Assembly: GCF_009914755.1 (NCBI RefSeq)
Contig: NC_060936.1
Strand: one strand, 5' to 3'
DNA from: the human T2T-CHM13v2.0 reference genome, Homo sapiens
Length of the DNA: 64,000 bases
The translations under genes were made by a program, and so were the position numbers. The notes below the pieces were generated by a model, which worked only from the letters and a program-made list of their open reading frames with translations, made no database searches and was not told the DNA's origin. Positions within the stretch are counted from its first letter, which is position 1. Each line of letters begins with the position of its first letter. Positions 13,646-29,302 of the stretch are shown here, in pieces.

Positions 13646-14260
13646 TCAATAATCATAATAATGAAGTTAATTTAATAGTATTTATAACAGGACAAAAACA
13701 GCAATATTTAAAAACTGTGACCCACTCAAAATAATACTTGCTGTAGCAAAAAGTGGTGTAATTCCATTAATTTGCATGCACAAGCTCTAAAATGTTGCTA
13801 ATTTTTATAGATAGCTGGGCTTCTTAGAATACGATTTAAGGCTTTGAATAAACTCTAATAACACAGCAATTTTACTTTATGATCACCAAATCTAAATTAT
13901 GAATAACTCACCTAGTATGTAAAAATCAGTTACAGGAAGTTGGATCATCTCTAGGCTCTCCAGGAAGACACTCATTGACTATATTCTAAGAATTGCTGAA
14001 CTAAATCATTTTTGCAGTTCCTTCCACTTCAGAAAGCTTTTGGATTCAAGGTACCCAACCTGAATTAGAATCTTAAAGATTTTCTCAACTGAGAGCATAA
14101 AAAAGATTCATACATATTTTTTAAATTGTTGCTTTCTTCTAAAAAATCATTTATAAAATCAATTTTTAATACAATAAAAGATTTTGCCCTCTAATAAAAC
14201 TTATGAAGCAGTTTCCTTTGCTTCAAGAGATAAAAGAAATAATACTTCGGAAATACTTCA

Positions 14261-14575
<315 letters not shown>

Positions 14576-14914
14576 CTATCCTTAAGTTGAGGAACATATT
14601 CAATTTTCTCTAATCTACAAAGATATTTCACTTCTTTAGTCTACCTCAATCAGGTCATAAAACTTTGACTCTTTAAAGCATTTTGAGCAGTTAATTTCTA
14701 GAGTGAAAACTGTAAACTTTCAAAAGATAGTTTTAGACATATATTAAAAAGTATTCTCATGTTGTGTGGCATATAAGTACCACATATAGAAAGATAGATT
14801 TAATCTATACTTTTTAGTACCTGCCATCTAAGACAAACAGCACTACCAGAAAAATAGAACCATATGCAACTAGAATAACAAGTGAGCAAATGTGTTTTAA
14901 AAATATATAGTATT

Positions 14915-15911
<997 letters not shown>

Positions 15912-16755
15912 TTGTAATACTCTCTTAATATTCACTCCTCCAAATCATTTTATACACTGCTTTCAGATTCATCTACATAAAAATACTAAATGACAAACCA
16001 TTACTTGCAGAATCAAATCCAAAATCCCTGGTCTAGCACTCAAAGCCTTCCATAAATTTGGTCTCTATCTGGCATATCCATCATTATTCCTCTAAACATC
16101 ACTCACTTCCTTCCATCCTGCCTTAATATTTTTTACTAATTATACCCTGAATAAACTGAGCAATTAATTCCATATTTAGCCTTGCCTCTTGCTATTCTCT
16201 CACCTGGCATGGTTTCCTTGCTCATTTTCAATCCTATGATCCCTACGTTCATGTGCAATTCAAAGTTTATGTTCTCTTAAGAAAGCTTCTCCAACTACTC
16301 TAGTGTGGAGCAATCACTGAATCTTCACAGGCTTCTCCTGACTTTTAATTATTTATCTTTTTGTAGAGAAGGCTTAATATTAATAGTTATAATAACAATA
16401 AAAATAGTTGCTTTTATTTAATGGATGTTTACGTATGTGTAGCCTTGTAATAGGCACTTCATAGACATATTTTCTCAATTAATATTGAAAATAACTTTGG
16501 GAGGTAGATATTACAATTATCTCTATTTATAAGGAAACTAGAAACCTGGAGAATTTACTACCCAAGTCATACAACTAAGTGACAGGGCTCAGATTTTAAC
16601 ATGTAGCTAAATGTCTTACAGAGCTCATGTTCTGATCCACTTCTCCCAGATCTAAACAGTAACTAGCTTAGACCAAGCAGTTCAAAGGTGATTATTTTAT
16701 AGTTAACTCAAAAGTGGACCTCAACGTTAGTTTCAAATACAGAATATTTCAGTAG

Positions 16756-17223
<468 letters not shown>

Positions 17224-17225
17224 TA

Positions 17226-17480
<255 letters not shown>

Positions 17481-18958
17481 AAATGACTAAAACTTTATTA
17501 CTTTAGCCAAAGGAGTCTGGTAATAAAATGTAATAACATTTACTTGGATACATACTTTGAAAAGTAACAACAAATTTTAAGACACTTTATTCAGAAATAT
17601 AGGTATGTAGTCAACATCTTAGTAGTAAAGTATTCAGAGACAGACAGATTTCAGTTCTATCGCTTAAGCTGTGAAGTCTTAGAGAAGATAATTAACCTCT
17701 CTGAGCCTATTTCCCTACCTCTAAAAGTGAGGATAAACAAATATCTACCTTTAATAGCTGTTATGAGGACAGTCTAACAAAGCATACACTTAAAAACAGC
17801 AACTGATATTTTTAATATCACTAGAAGACCAAAAGTATTTGAGTTGAAAGAATCTAAGTCCATTAGATATAAAAAAAGGTAAAGTTTATCATAAAATAAA
17901 CATTAAGTTCTACAGACAAGGCTTAATATTAACTTTTCTTCTGAAATTATAGTAAAAATAAAGTAACTTACCATCCGTTTTTCATTTAAATCAATGTGAC
18001 AACAGCCTTCTTCATAAGCCAAGAATTTCCACACCCATTTTCTTCTCTACTAACAATTTATTTTAAAGTTTAACTTTTTTTGATCATTTAAGAACCCCAA
18101 ACAAGACTGAACCAGGAATTCAAGAAAGGCTGGGACCAAGTTAATATTAGTCAGCAAAACTGCATTTTGCTATCAATCATTAGACTGTTCCTACACTGGA
18201 GCCTGAACAAAGGACATTCACTAAACTAAAATTTACAAACACCGCAATCTAATAGTGACTCTCAATTCCACAGCAATATAAAAGACATAAAAGTTGGGCT
18301 CTACCTTATTCCAACAATGTAAATTTGTTAAAGAATCTACCACCTAACTAATGATAAAGCTACCAGCTGACTACATTTTACTGAAGGGGGCACCTTTACT
18401 TTAGGTAACAGAAATATTTCTAAGAGTCTATACATCAATATATAATGGAGTCACTCAAAATGCAACAAGAGAATTGAAAATGAAATTATTCTGGAGTAAA
18501 ATCTTTTTGTACAGTGAGAAAAAAATGACAAATCATCATTTAGTCCATCCTACTAGTGATTTTGTTTTAATGTATTAGGTAAGGTATACTTTTCCTGCTA
18601 CCCACTACTTGTTTAATTTCAGAATTCAATTATGATCACAGGGTAGAAATGTTTATTAAATCTTTATATTTTTATAAAAAGAATATATGTGGCAATTGCT
18701 CTTATTTTAACTGTTTCATTCCCACTATTACTCATAGCTGCATGTGATTTGAGATTTGGAGGCATTTAATTTCCTCAAATGTTAACATTCTCTTGATTTC
18801 ACTTAAGACAAAGAGGTTTTGGGAGAAAACAAATTATTCTATCAGTATGTCTTTCACTATATGGCTGGAAGGATAGATAAAATAAGAGGAGGAGGATGGA
18901 GCAGAAATATCAGAAAACTGGTGTGCTCCAACAAACTTTAAGCTATTTGCAATTTTCA

Positions 18959-19268
<310 letters not shown>

Positions 19269-19447
19269 AGCTATCTGTAATTTTCATATCATTTAAAGTA
19301 TCTGTAATTCTCAAGGAGTTAAAGCATTATTTTAAAAATACTTTTTAAAAGTTTGTTGTTAATATATTTTAAAAACAAAACCCTAGCTTACATCAAACAC
19401 TTCACAGTTACAGATGATAGAACCTATGTCATATATGAACTACTCAC

Positions 19448-19489
19448 CGAAGTTCGATCAGGTTCTCCATCTGCCAAACCTCCCTCCAT
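19448..19489 (-). CDS. OSBPL8: First coding segment (14 codons, MEGGLADGEPDRTS) of oxysterol-binding protein-related protein 8, long isoform
   Basis: Minus-strand ATG at 19489 in strong context (ATTATGG). 42 nt run to the donor TCG|GTGAGTA at 19448/19447 (phase 0). The peptide matches the ORP8 N-terminus as I recall it. Confidence 0.93.
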
Positions 19490-19506
19490 AATGAAAGAAG
19501 ATAGGT

Positions 19507-19538
19507 TTATGCTTCTCTTTCCATTAATGTGCAGCCAT
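19507..19538 (-). promoter_or_regulatory. Two overlapping upstream ORFs (MAAH*, 19538-19524; MEREA*, 19524-19507)
   Basis: The minus strand reads AGA ATG GCT GCA CAT TAA, overlapping ATG GAA AGA GAA GCA TAA, then 17 nt to the main ATG. Confidence 0.8.
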
Positions 19539-19799
19539 TCTGTAAATCTGCAAATCCTAAAATAAGAAAATGATATTTATTAGGACTGGTATAAAACTGT
19601 GACAAGTAGAAATAAAGCATTGAGTTTGTTAGAAGGGAAAAATCATTTTAGTCTGAGGTTATTTGGAAATTCAATAATTAAAAAAAAAATTGACATGGGC
19701 TTGAAGAATGGTAAAGGTTCAGAGAAAAATGAAAGAAGAAAAAAATATTCCAAGTGAAGAAAAATAGTAAGAGCAAGGTTAAACATGAGACTGCCTAAA

Positions 19800-20320
19800 A
19801 TTTGAAAGGATGCATAAATCTACTTACAACTAATGAAATAAATTAGTTTTTCATTATTACATTGGTAAAAACTAAAAAGTATGCTAAAATCCATCATGGG
19901 AGAGAATGTGGGGAAACAGATATTCTCATGTACTTTTGTTATGAGAATATAAATCAGGACAATTTTTTGAAGGACAATTAAAAATATGTATGTTTTAATC
20001 CAGCAATTTCAAGACTAGAAATTTTCCCACAGATATACAAATGCCCAGAAATATATAAACAATTCCAACACAGTAATAAATCTGATGAAAAAAACTAGAA
20101 ACAACTTAAATGTTGATGGCTAGAAGCTTCCTTAAATTATATTACAGACATACAATAGAATATCATGCAGCAATTTTAAAAAATGAAGTAGATCTATATA
20201 TACTAAACTGGAAAGAGGATCACAACACATAAGGTGGGAAATGTGAGTGATGGAACATTTTATATATATAAGATACTCTTTGCTTCTGTATATTTCCATT
20301 TTTACCATGAATATGTATAT
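19800..20320 (+). mobile_element. L1ME-type 3' fragment
   Basis: gagaatgtggggaaacagatattctcat...atccagcaatttc...aaactagaaacaacttaaatgt. Confidence 0.6.
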
Positions 20321-20323
20321 CTA

Positions 20324-23195
20324 CAGGCATGCCTTGTTTTATTGTGTTTCGCTTTACTGCACAAAGAGATACTGCCTTTTTTACAAAATGAAGGTTGGTG
20401 ACAGCCTTGCAGCAAGTAAGTCTATCGGTACTTTTCCAACAGCATGTGCTCACTTTGTGTCTCTGTGTCATAGTTTGGTAACTCTCAAATATTTCAACCC
20501 TTTTCATTAAAGTATCTGTTCAGCAATCTGTGATCAATAATCCTTGATATTACTATTGTAATCATTTTGGGGCACCACAAACTGCAGCCATATAAAACAA
20601 GTAACTGAACTGATAAATGTAGGAGGTTTTGACTGTTCCACCCATCTGCCATTCTCCCATTTTCTCTTTCTCCCGGCTCTTCTCTATTCCATCAGTCACA
20701 ATAATATTGAAATTAGTCCAATTAATAACACTACAAAGGCCTCTAAGTGTTCAAGTAAAAGGAAGACCCACATATTTCACTTTAAATCAAAAGCTAAAAA
20801 TGATTAAGCTTAGTGAGGAAGGCATGTCAAAAGCCAGAAGCATGGCCTCTTACACCAAACAGCCATGTTGTGAATGCAAAGTAAAAGTTCTTGGAAGAAA
20901 TTAAAAGTCCTATTCCAATGAACACACAAATAAGAAAGCAAAACAGCCTTATTGCTGATATACAGCAAGTTTGAGTGGTCTGGATAGAAGATCAGGCTAA
21001 TTATATAGGCAAGGCCCTAACTCTCTTCAATTCTATACAGGCTGAGAGAGGTGAGAAAGCTGCAGAAGAGAAGTTTCAAGCCAGCAGAGGTTGGTTCATG
21101 AGGTTTAAGGAAAGAAGCCATCTCTATAACATCAAAATGCAAGGTGAAGTAGCAAGTGCTACTTGGAGAAACTGCAGTAAGTTATCCAAAAGATCTAGCT
21201 AAGATCATTGATGAACATGGCTACACTAAACAACAGGTTTTCAATATAGATGAAATAGCCTTCTATTAGAAGATGCCATTAAGGACTTTCATATCTAGAG
21301 AGGAGAAGTCAATGCCAGACTTCAAAGCTGCAAAGGACAAACTGACTCTCTTGTTAGGGGCTAATGCAGCTGGTGGTTTGAAGTTGAAGCCAATGTTCAT
21401 TTACCATTCCAAAAATTCTAGGGCCCTTTCAAGAATTATGCTGTAACTACTCTGCCTGTGCACTATAAATAAAACAACAAAGCCTGTATGATAGCACATC
21501 TGTTTACAGCATGGTTTACTAAAATTTTAAGCTCACTGTTGAGACTACTGCTAAGAAACAATATTCCTTTCAAAATATTACCACTCACTGACAATGCACT
21601 TGGTCACCCAAAAGTTCTGGTGGAGATGTACAAAAAGATTAATGTTGTTTTCATCTCTAACGCAACATCTATTCTGCAGTCCATGAATCAGGGAGTAATT
21701 TTAACTTCCATGTCTTATTATTTAAGAAATACATTCAGTAAGGCCATAAGCTGCCAGAGATAGTGATTCCTCTGATGGATCTGGGCAAAGTTTGAAAACC
21801 TAATGGAAAAGATTCACCATTCTAAATGTCACTAAGTACACTTGTGAGTCACAGGAGGAGGTCAAAATACCAACATTCGCAGGAATTTGGAAGAAGTTGA
21901 TTCCAACCCTTACGGATGACTTTGTGCATTTCAAGACCTCAGTGCAGGAAGTTGCTACTGATGTGGCGAAAATAGCAAGACAACTAGAATTAGAAGTGGA
22001 GTCTGAAGATGTAACTGAATAGCTGCAATCTCAAGACAAAACTTGAATGAATGAGGACTTACTTCTTATGGATGAACAAAGAAAGTGGTTTCTGAAGATA
22101 GAATCTACTCCTGGTAAAGATGCTGTGAACACTGCTGAAATTGACAGGGACAGGGGACAGAGAAATTCTAGGCAGAAAACGGCAGGTCCCTGGCAAAAGC
22201 CCCACCCTCAAGTCGAAAAGCGTGAAACGGCAGACCAAAACAAGAACTTATATCCCTGTTTTCCGGCTCGAATGTTGCCTTTTCCTAAACCACCCATGGA
22301 CCTGTCCTGCCCAACCCCATCCTATGCCTATAAAGACCCCAGACTCAGCCCGAAGAGAGGAGAAGCTGCTGGACGTCGGGGACTATGGCTGGACGTTGGA
22401 GAGAAGCAGCTTGACCTCAGAAAGAGCCTGATGGCGTAACTTCAGAGAAGAATCCGGTCGGAGAAGGCTGGGCTTCAGGGAAAGATTACCTACCTGCCCC
22501 ATCCCCTTTTCAGCTCCCCTTCTGGTTAAGAGCCACTTTCATGGCAATAAAATCCCCCACATTTACCATCTTTCAATTTGTTCATGTAACCTCATTTTTT
22601 TCCTGGACACTGGACAAGAGCTTGGGAGCCACAAGTGTGGATACAAAAGGCTGTCACACTGGCCCCTTGCCCTTATTGGCAGAAGGCAGCCATCTCATGC
22701 AAAAAGGCAGAGGGCCCACTGAATTGTTGTTAACACTTAAGCCACCCACAGACAGCAGAGCTAACAGAGCACTGTAATATGCCCTCTGGGGCTTCAGGAG
22801 TCACAGGCACCCCACCTGGATGCTGCAGCAGAGCCTGCACGGAGTTCGCTCCTGCCAGTGCCCAAAAGCACTCGCTCTGACTCCTGCACCTGCTCACCTA
22901 CACACTCCCTCCTGCAAGGGGTGGAACACAGCAGGTCCAAGTGAGTGGAGTTTGATCCTGCTGACACTGAAATGGCCACCCAGTTCCAGTGCTCATGCAC
23001 TCCATTTCCCACGTTGTTCACTCACTCACTCCCTCTCATGAGGAGTGGAGAGTAGCAGGCTGAGTAAATGAGGCACCCCTGTCAGGAGTTCCATGAAGGG
23101 GTCAGGGAAATATCCTACTTCAAAAAGAAAAAAAGATTTAGAATACTACATAAATTTAGTTGATAAAACAGCGGCAGGGTTCGAGAGGATTGACT
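20324..23195 (+). mobile_element. Tigger1 (pogo/TcMar) with decayed transposase, interrupted by an LTR and 3'-truncated
   Basis: TA followed by caggcatgccttgttttattg. ORF pieces VWIEDQ...[15 protein letters not shown] (20975) and KILPLTDNALGHP (21488) resemble the Tigger1/TIGD1 transposase but contain stops and frameshifts. Confidence 0.92.
22142..23122 (+). mobile_element. Solo ERV1 LTR of the LTR28/LTR1 group, nested in Tigger1
   Basis: TG...CA ends, TATAAA near 22328, AATAAA near 22547. Tigger1 text resumes on both sides. Confidence 0.75.
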
Positions 23196-24363
23196 TTTTC
23201 ACTAACAAAACCTACAACCTGAACTCTCACAGTAACTATAAATATTCAGAGGTCTCGGATAACCTCTCTAACAATTATTCCTTCAAACAGATAACAAAGC
23301 CAAAACCAATAAAATCAGTAGACTTCTAATCATTTTCTTGGAGTTTCAAAAACATTTTCTTATTTCTACAAGTATAAAAGGCCTTACTGAAATATAAAGG
23401 CTGGTGAAAACATTATTTAATTGGACTTTGTAAGGTTGACATTTGGCTCCTTTGATATAATCAATAGAGTAGCCCAAGAGACTACTCTGACTTTCAATTT
23501 AGAAACATTATATAAACTTTCCTTGACTACATGTATTATAATATATGGTAATTATTTGTTCCCATGAGCCAATTCTCTTCAAGGACAGAGGCTATTTTAC
23601 TGATCTGTTTTTCCAGTGCTTTGCATGGTAGACATTTCATTAACAGTTGTTGCACTTAACTAATACTGCCAACTCAATTATCTAAGTGAATAAATAAGAA
23701 TCCAAAACAGCAGATGATATAAAAATTATGTCTATGGGATGCACACTGATACTTGTATTTGAATACTGCATTATTATATTCTAAAAATTTGCAATATTAA
23801 CAACAAAATAACAAAATATCATAAGCAGCTTTTACTTTGAAAAATATTTTACTGATTTTTTTCATGATATCCATTCAATTTTAGGGATCCATCTATTCCT
23901 AGGTATTATACTGACCACTTTGAATACATCAATTTGCAAAGCAAACAAACCCTGCCCTCATGGAGCCTATATTCTGGAAGGGGAAGACAAACAATAAAAA
24001 TAATAAATTAATAAATTATATATTAGAAGATAGTAAGTGCTATAGGAAAAAGTAAAACAGGCTAAGACTACCCAGGGATTAAAGGGTTACAATTTTAAAT
24101 AGGATGGCCATAGTAGGTGTCATTGAAAAGGTGACATGTGAGCAATGATTTGAAGTAGGGAGGAAATTAGCTATGCAGATATCTGAGGGAAGAGTCTGCA
24201 GGTAAGAAGAAGCTGCCAGTGCCAAGGTCCTAAGGCAGAAGTTTGAGGAATAGGAGGAAAGCAATGTAGCTAGAACATATGTGAACGAAGGGAAAAGCAG
24301 AAAATGTTTCCCCACAGAGGTAAGGAAACAAAGTATAAGTAGATCATATTTGGTCCTGTGGGC

Positions 24364-24840
24364 CAGGTGTTTCCAATGCATGGGCCACAGACTGATACGG
24401 GTCTGTGGCCTGTTAGGACCTGGACCACACAGCAGGAGGTGAAAGGTGGGTGAGTGAGTGAAGCTTCATCTGTATTTACAGCAACTCCCCATAATTTGCA
24501 TTACCACCTGAGCTCCGCCTGTCAGATCAGTGGCAGCATTAGATTCTCATAGGAGCATGAACACTATTGTGAACTGTGCACACGAAGAATCTAGGTTATC
24601 TGCTCCTTATGAGAATCTAATGCCTGATGGTCTGTAACTGTCTCCCGTACCCTCAAGATGGACCATCTAGCTGCAGGAAAACAAGCCCAGGGCTCCCACT
24701 GATTCTACATTATGGTGAGTTGTATAATTATTAAACAGAATACACAATAAGTGTAAATGAGCTTGAATCATCCTGAAACCATCACCGCCCTCCTGGTCTG
24801 TGCAAAACCTGTCTGCCACAAAACCAGTCCCTGATACTAT
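24364..24840. mobile_element. MER1A (hAT-Charlie)
   Basis: gtcagatcagtggcagcattagattctcataggagc...tatgagaatctaatgcctgatg...aaaaccagtccctg. Confidence 0.85.
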
Positions 24841-25254
24841 AGGATATATAGATATATATAGATATATATAGATATTTTTTTTTTGCTTTCATTGTGTGCA
24901 CGTACACACGTGCACATTCTGGGTCAAAATTTAAAATGCACTTCTTCCTCTAAGTTGCAGTCAAAAATAGTTGGAAACCACTGGTACAGTGCATTTGGAG
25001 TAGAATCTCCACTCTGCCACCCTATCATTTTCCACCAGCATGGCTGTGAGCAAGTCCATTGCCTTCTCTGAGTCTTTGTTTTCTCATTTGCAAATAGGGA
25101 ATATTATATGCTCTACATACTTCACAGGATTGTTGAGAGGACCCCAATAACATAATGTGTGTGTAAGCTTTACACCAAAGCTCCAAACCAATCAAAATTT
25201 GCTTCACAGACCAAGAAGAGCTCTACAAGTATCCTCAATGACAGCGTTTTACTG

Positions 25255-26280
25255 GTGAGTTTTATAATTTACATGTTTTCATGTTACTAATTAGCACCCT
25301 TTCATTTCAGTTTGAAGAATTCTCTTTCATTTTTTTGTAAGGCAGGTTTACTGGTGGTTAACTCCCTCTGCTTTTCTTTTCTGGGAAAGTCTTCACGCCT
25401 CCCTAATTTCTGAAGAACAGTTTTGTCAGATAAAGTATTCTTGGTTTACAATTTTTTTCTTTCAGCACTTTAAATAAATATATTATTCTATTCTCTCTAG
25501 ACCTGCAAAGTTTCTGCTGACAAATTCACTGATAGGCTAAAGGAGCTCCCTTGCATGTGAGGATCCTTTTTTTATCTTGCTGCTTTTAAAATTCTCTTTG
25601 ACTTTTGACAATTTGATTAGATATGTCTTCTTTGGGTTGAATCTAGTTGGAGACCTTTGAGATTCCCATGCCTGGGTGTTTCTCTCTTTTCCAAGATCAG
25701 AGAAGTTTTCAGACATTAAATCTTTAAATAAGCTTTCTGTCTCTCTCTATTCTCCTTGAATTCTACAAATGTTAGCTCTTTTGATGATGTCCCTAAATCT
25801 GTAGGCTTTTCACTCCTTTTCATTCTTTTTCTTTTCTGATCAAATATTTCCAAATATCCAGTGTTTGAGTTTACCAGTTCTTTCTTATGCTTGATCAGTT
25901 CTGCTGTTAACAGTCTCTATTGCGCTGTTCTTTTTAATTATTCCAACCTCTCTGTTAAACTTCTAGTTTTGTTTGTATTGTTTTTCTGATTTCATTGAGT
26001 TGTCTGTGTTCTCCTGTAGTTCACTGAGCTTCCTTAAAATAATTATTTTGATTTTTCTTTGACAGGCAATTCATAAATCTCCATTTGGGGAGGGTTGATT
26101 ATTGGAAAATTATTGCATTCCTTTGGTGGTGTTATGTTTTCTTGCTTTTTCATGTTTCTTATTGCATTATGTTAAGGTTTGTTCATTGTATGGAGTAATC
26201 ATCTCTTTCAGACTTTATAGTGGTTTTGGTAGGAAAAGGCCCTACCCTATGGCTACATTCTAGGGCACTGACTGGGTGGG
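25255..26280 (-). mobile_element. L1M ORF1-region fragment
   Basis: tttttgtaaggcaggtttactggtggttaactccctc...tttctttcagcacttt...tttctgctgacaaattc. Confidence 0.7.
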
Positions 26281-27639
26281 AGTCTTTTACTCTAAGTGAT
26301 ATGAGAACCCACTGGAGGGTTCTGAGCAAGGAACAACATGATCTGAGATTTTTAGTTTCTCTGTATTGACAATTATAGTGAGAGAAGGGTAGAAACTGGG
26401 AATTCAGTTAAAAGGTTACTGCATTAATCTAGAAGAGAGAATATGATACAAGAATGAAGAAGAGAGCTATAAAAATACTGAGAAGAAGCAGAATTCTACA
26501 TGAATTTTGAAGGTAGAAGCAACAGGATTTCCTGAAAAACTGAATATGGCGTGAGGATGAGAAAAGATACAAGATGACCTAGATTTCTGGCTCAAATGAC
26601 TAGAAGGATGGTGATCATTAAATGAGATGGGAAAGACAGCAGGAGGAGTAAGGTTATCTTCTTTGGGAAAGCAGGGCAGAGGATAACCAAAAATTAGAAG
26701 TTTAGTTTTAGGAATATTAAGTTTGATATGTCTATTTCATATTCGTGTGGGCCTGTTAAGCAGGCAGTTGGATGTAAGAGTTTGCAGCTCAAAAAAGAGA
26801 TCTGAGCTGGAGATAAAATTTGGGGAGTTAACATATTGATGGCATTTAAATCCATGAGACTGAATCAGACCACCAGGGAGTAGATACCAAAGGATGGATT
26901 TCAGAACTTCTTAGGCTTATGAGTCTACTTCTTAAGCTTCGGGGCCACTAATTAAATTAAAAATAAAAAGCTCATTACCAGTGTTACCTGCCTCAACAGA
27001 GCTGCCTTCTCTCTATTCCAAACTGTTGGCTGGTAAGACATCTGCAGAGCAGATAACGAGAACGTATTTAATTTCATTTTGGGTCCACTAATTAAAATAA
27101 AAAGGTCATTACTAGTATTACCTGCCTCAATATTCTAGCTATTTCCTTGGATTTTCTATAAACCAGTTATCTTCCAGTTCCTGTAAGCTGTATGTTATAT
27201 GCAAAAGACATTAACAAAATATACAAATTCAGCAACATTAGGAAGAACATGGTCAGTAAACAATATAATAGCGCAGCATCATTTGACACATTTTTACTAA
27301 ATGCCTCCCAAAGGAATTCAGTCCAATAAAAGAGGTCTAGCAAATAAATTACTATACAAGAGCTATATAACACATTTGGACAATGTACTGTGGTAGTTCA
27401 GACTAGTCCAAAGTGTTTGGGGGAAACTGCATAGTACTGAAGTCTGCTGCTGCCAAATGACTGGCATTTTAAAATACAGAACTATAACCAAACAAGAATA
27501 CCAAAATATTATGCAAGTCTGATACTATGTCTCTATTCTCCAGACCTTGGAAAAATCATTCATAAAAGGCAAACGACAATGACACCTACTCTACACAGTT
27601 AAACAAGAAGAAAAACCACTGAATGATTTACATATTACT

Positions 27640-28300
27640 CTTCCATCACCATTAAAATGTCCAATAATTTAGTTATGACATCACACAAGGATCTGTCTAG
27701 GCAAGGTTCATCTTGATTAATCCTGTTGGCTCTAAAAGAGTTCTTTTCAGTCTGAAGACCTATCCTTCTCCAGTTCAGGGAAGTTTCTTCTGCTTTTTTT
27801 GTTAACCATTTCTTCCTTTCTAGTCTCTGTTCTTTCTTGCTAAAATTTGTATTAGAAAAATGTTGGAGCTCCATGTTTCTTGATTTCAATGTGATATTTA
27901 ACATTCCATTTATTTTTGTGTACTTCCTGAAGTATCTTATCAACTTTATTTCCCAGATCACCTTACTTGCACATTCTACCAATTTACCATCTTTGGCCCA
28001 TTTTATTCCTTAGCCCATCCACTGACTTTTAACTTTCGTCTTTTTTTAACGACACATTCTTATTCCCCAATTACACATTAGTCTCTTCTTGTTTCATGTC
28101 TGTAGTATTTTTTTTTTTGAATCTTTCTAACTACACAGGAATTTAAGTGCTCTGCTGTTTGGTGTTCTTCCGTCCAGGGAATCCTCTCTGTTTCCTCTGA
28201 AGTCATTTGTTACTTCTTCTTGACCCTTCCCCTTCTGTGCTGTTGGTTTTCCTCAAGTATCTGGTGATCCTGAGTTGTCTAACATGTTGATGAATAAATG
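27640..28300 (-). mobile_element. Old L1M ORF1-like fragment
   Basis: cagttcagggaagtttcttc... T-rich degenerate L1 text. Confidence 0.45.
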
Positions 28301-28308
28301 CTGTGTAA

Positions 28309-28916
<608 letters not shown>

Positions 28917-29117
28917 CCATCCTTCATTTTTAACAGACAGTATGAATACTGAGGCTTTAATACCCTTAAGTGTTTGTACCTGATAAAAGAGACTCGGTTA
29001 TGTACATTTCAGTGATGTGTTCCCACATTCCACAATACATGAACTAAGTAAGGAAATATTTTTATCAAAATTTTTTTAACTAAAGGGAGATAGATATTGC
29101 AGTGTATCTGTATAGCT

Positions 29118-29302
29118 TAGGAATCAGCAAATTTTTTTTTTTTTTTTGTAAAGGGCCACACAGCAAACAGATTTTACTTTCGACTTTGCAGATGATAGGA
29201 TTTCTATTGCAACTACTTAGTTCTGATGTTGTAGCATGAAAGCAACCATAGAAAAATGAATAAACAAAATGAGTCTGATAAACTGTATTTACAAAAATAG
29301 GA
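29118..29302. mobile_element. MER58 (hAT-Charlie)
   Basis: tcagcaaa...tgtaaagggcca...tgttgtagcatgaaagcaaccataga...tatttacaaaaatagg. Confidence 0.7.

Larger units (their letters stand above)
19448..19556 (-). other. OSBPL8: 109-nt exon of OSBPL8 (67 nt 5'UTR + 42 nt CDS)
   Basis: Acceptor ttttcttattttag|GATTTG (AG at 19558-19557) and donor G|GTGAGT, in non-repetitive sequence. Confidence 0.92.
23870..26900 (-). mobile_element. L2 (23870-24363 and ~26280-26900) split by younger insertions
   Basis: tgccctcatggagcctatattct...; the L2 text continues at ttttactctaagtgatatgagaacccactggagggttctgagc. Confidence 0.65.

Noticed and set aside
20629-22140. Transposase-like ORFs suggesting a TIGD-type gene
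   Set aside because: Fragmented by stops, frameshifts and an LTR insertion; this is a fossil Tigger1.
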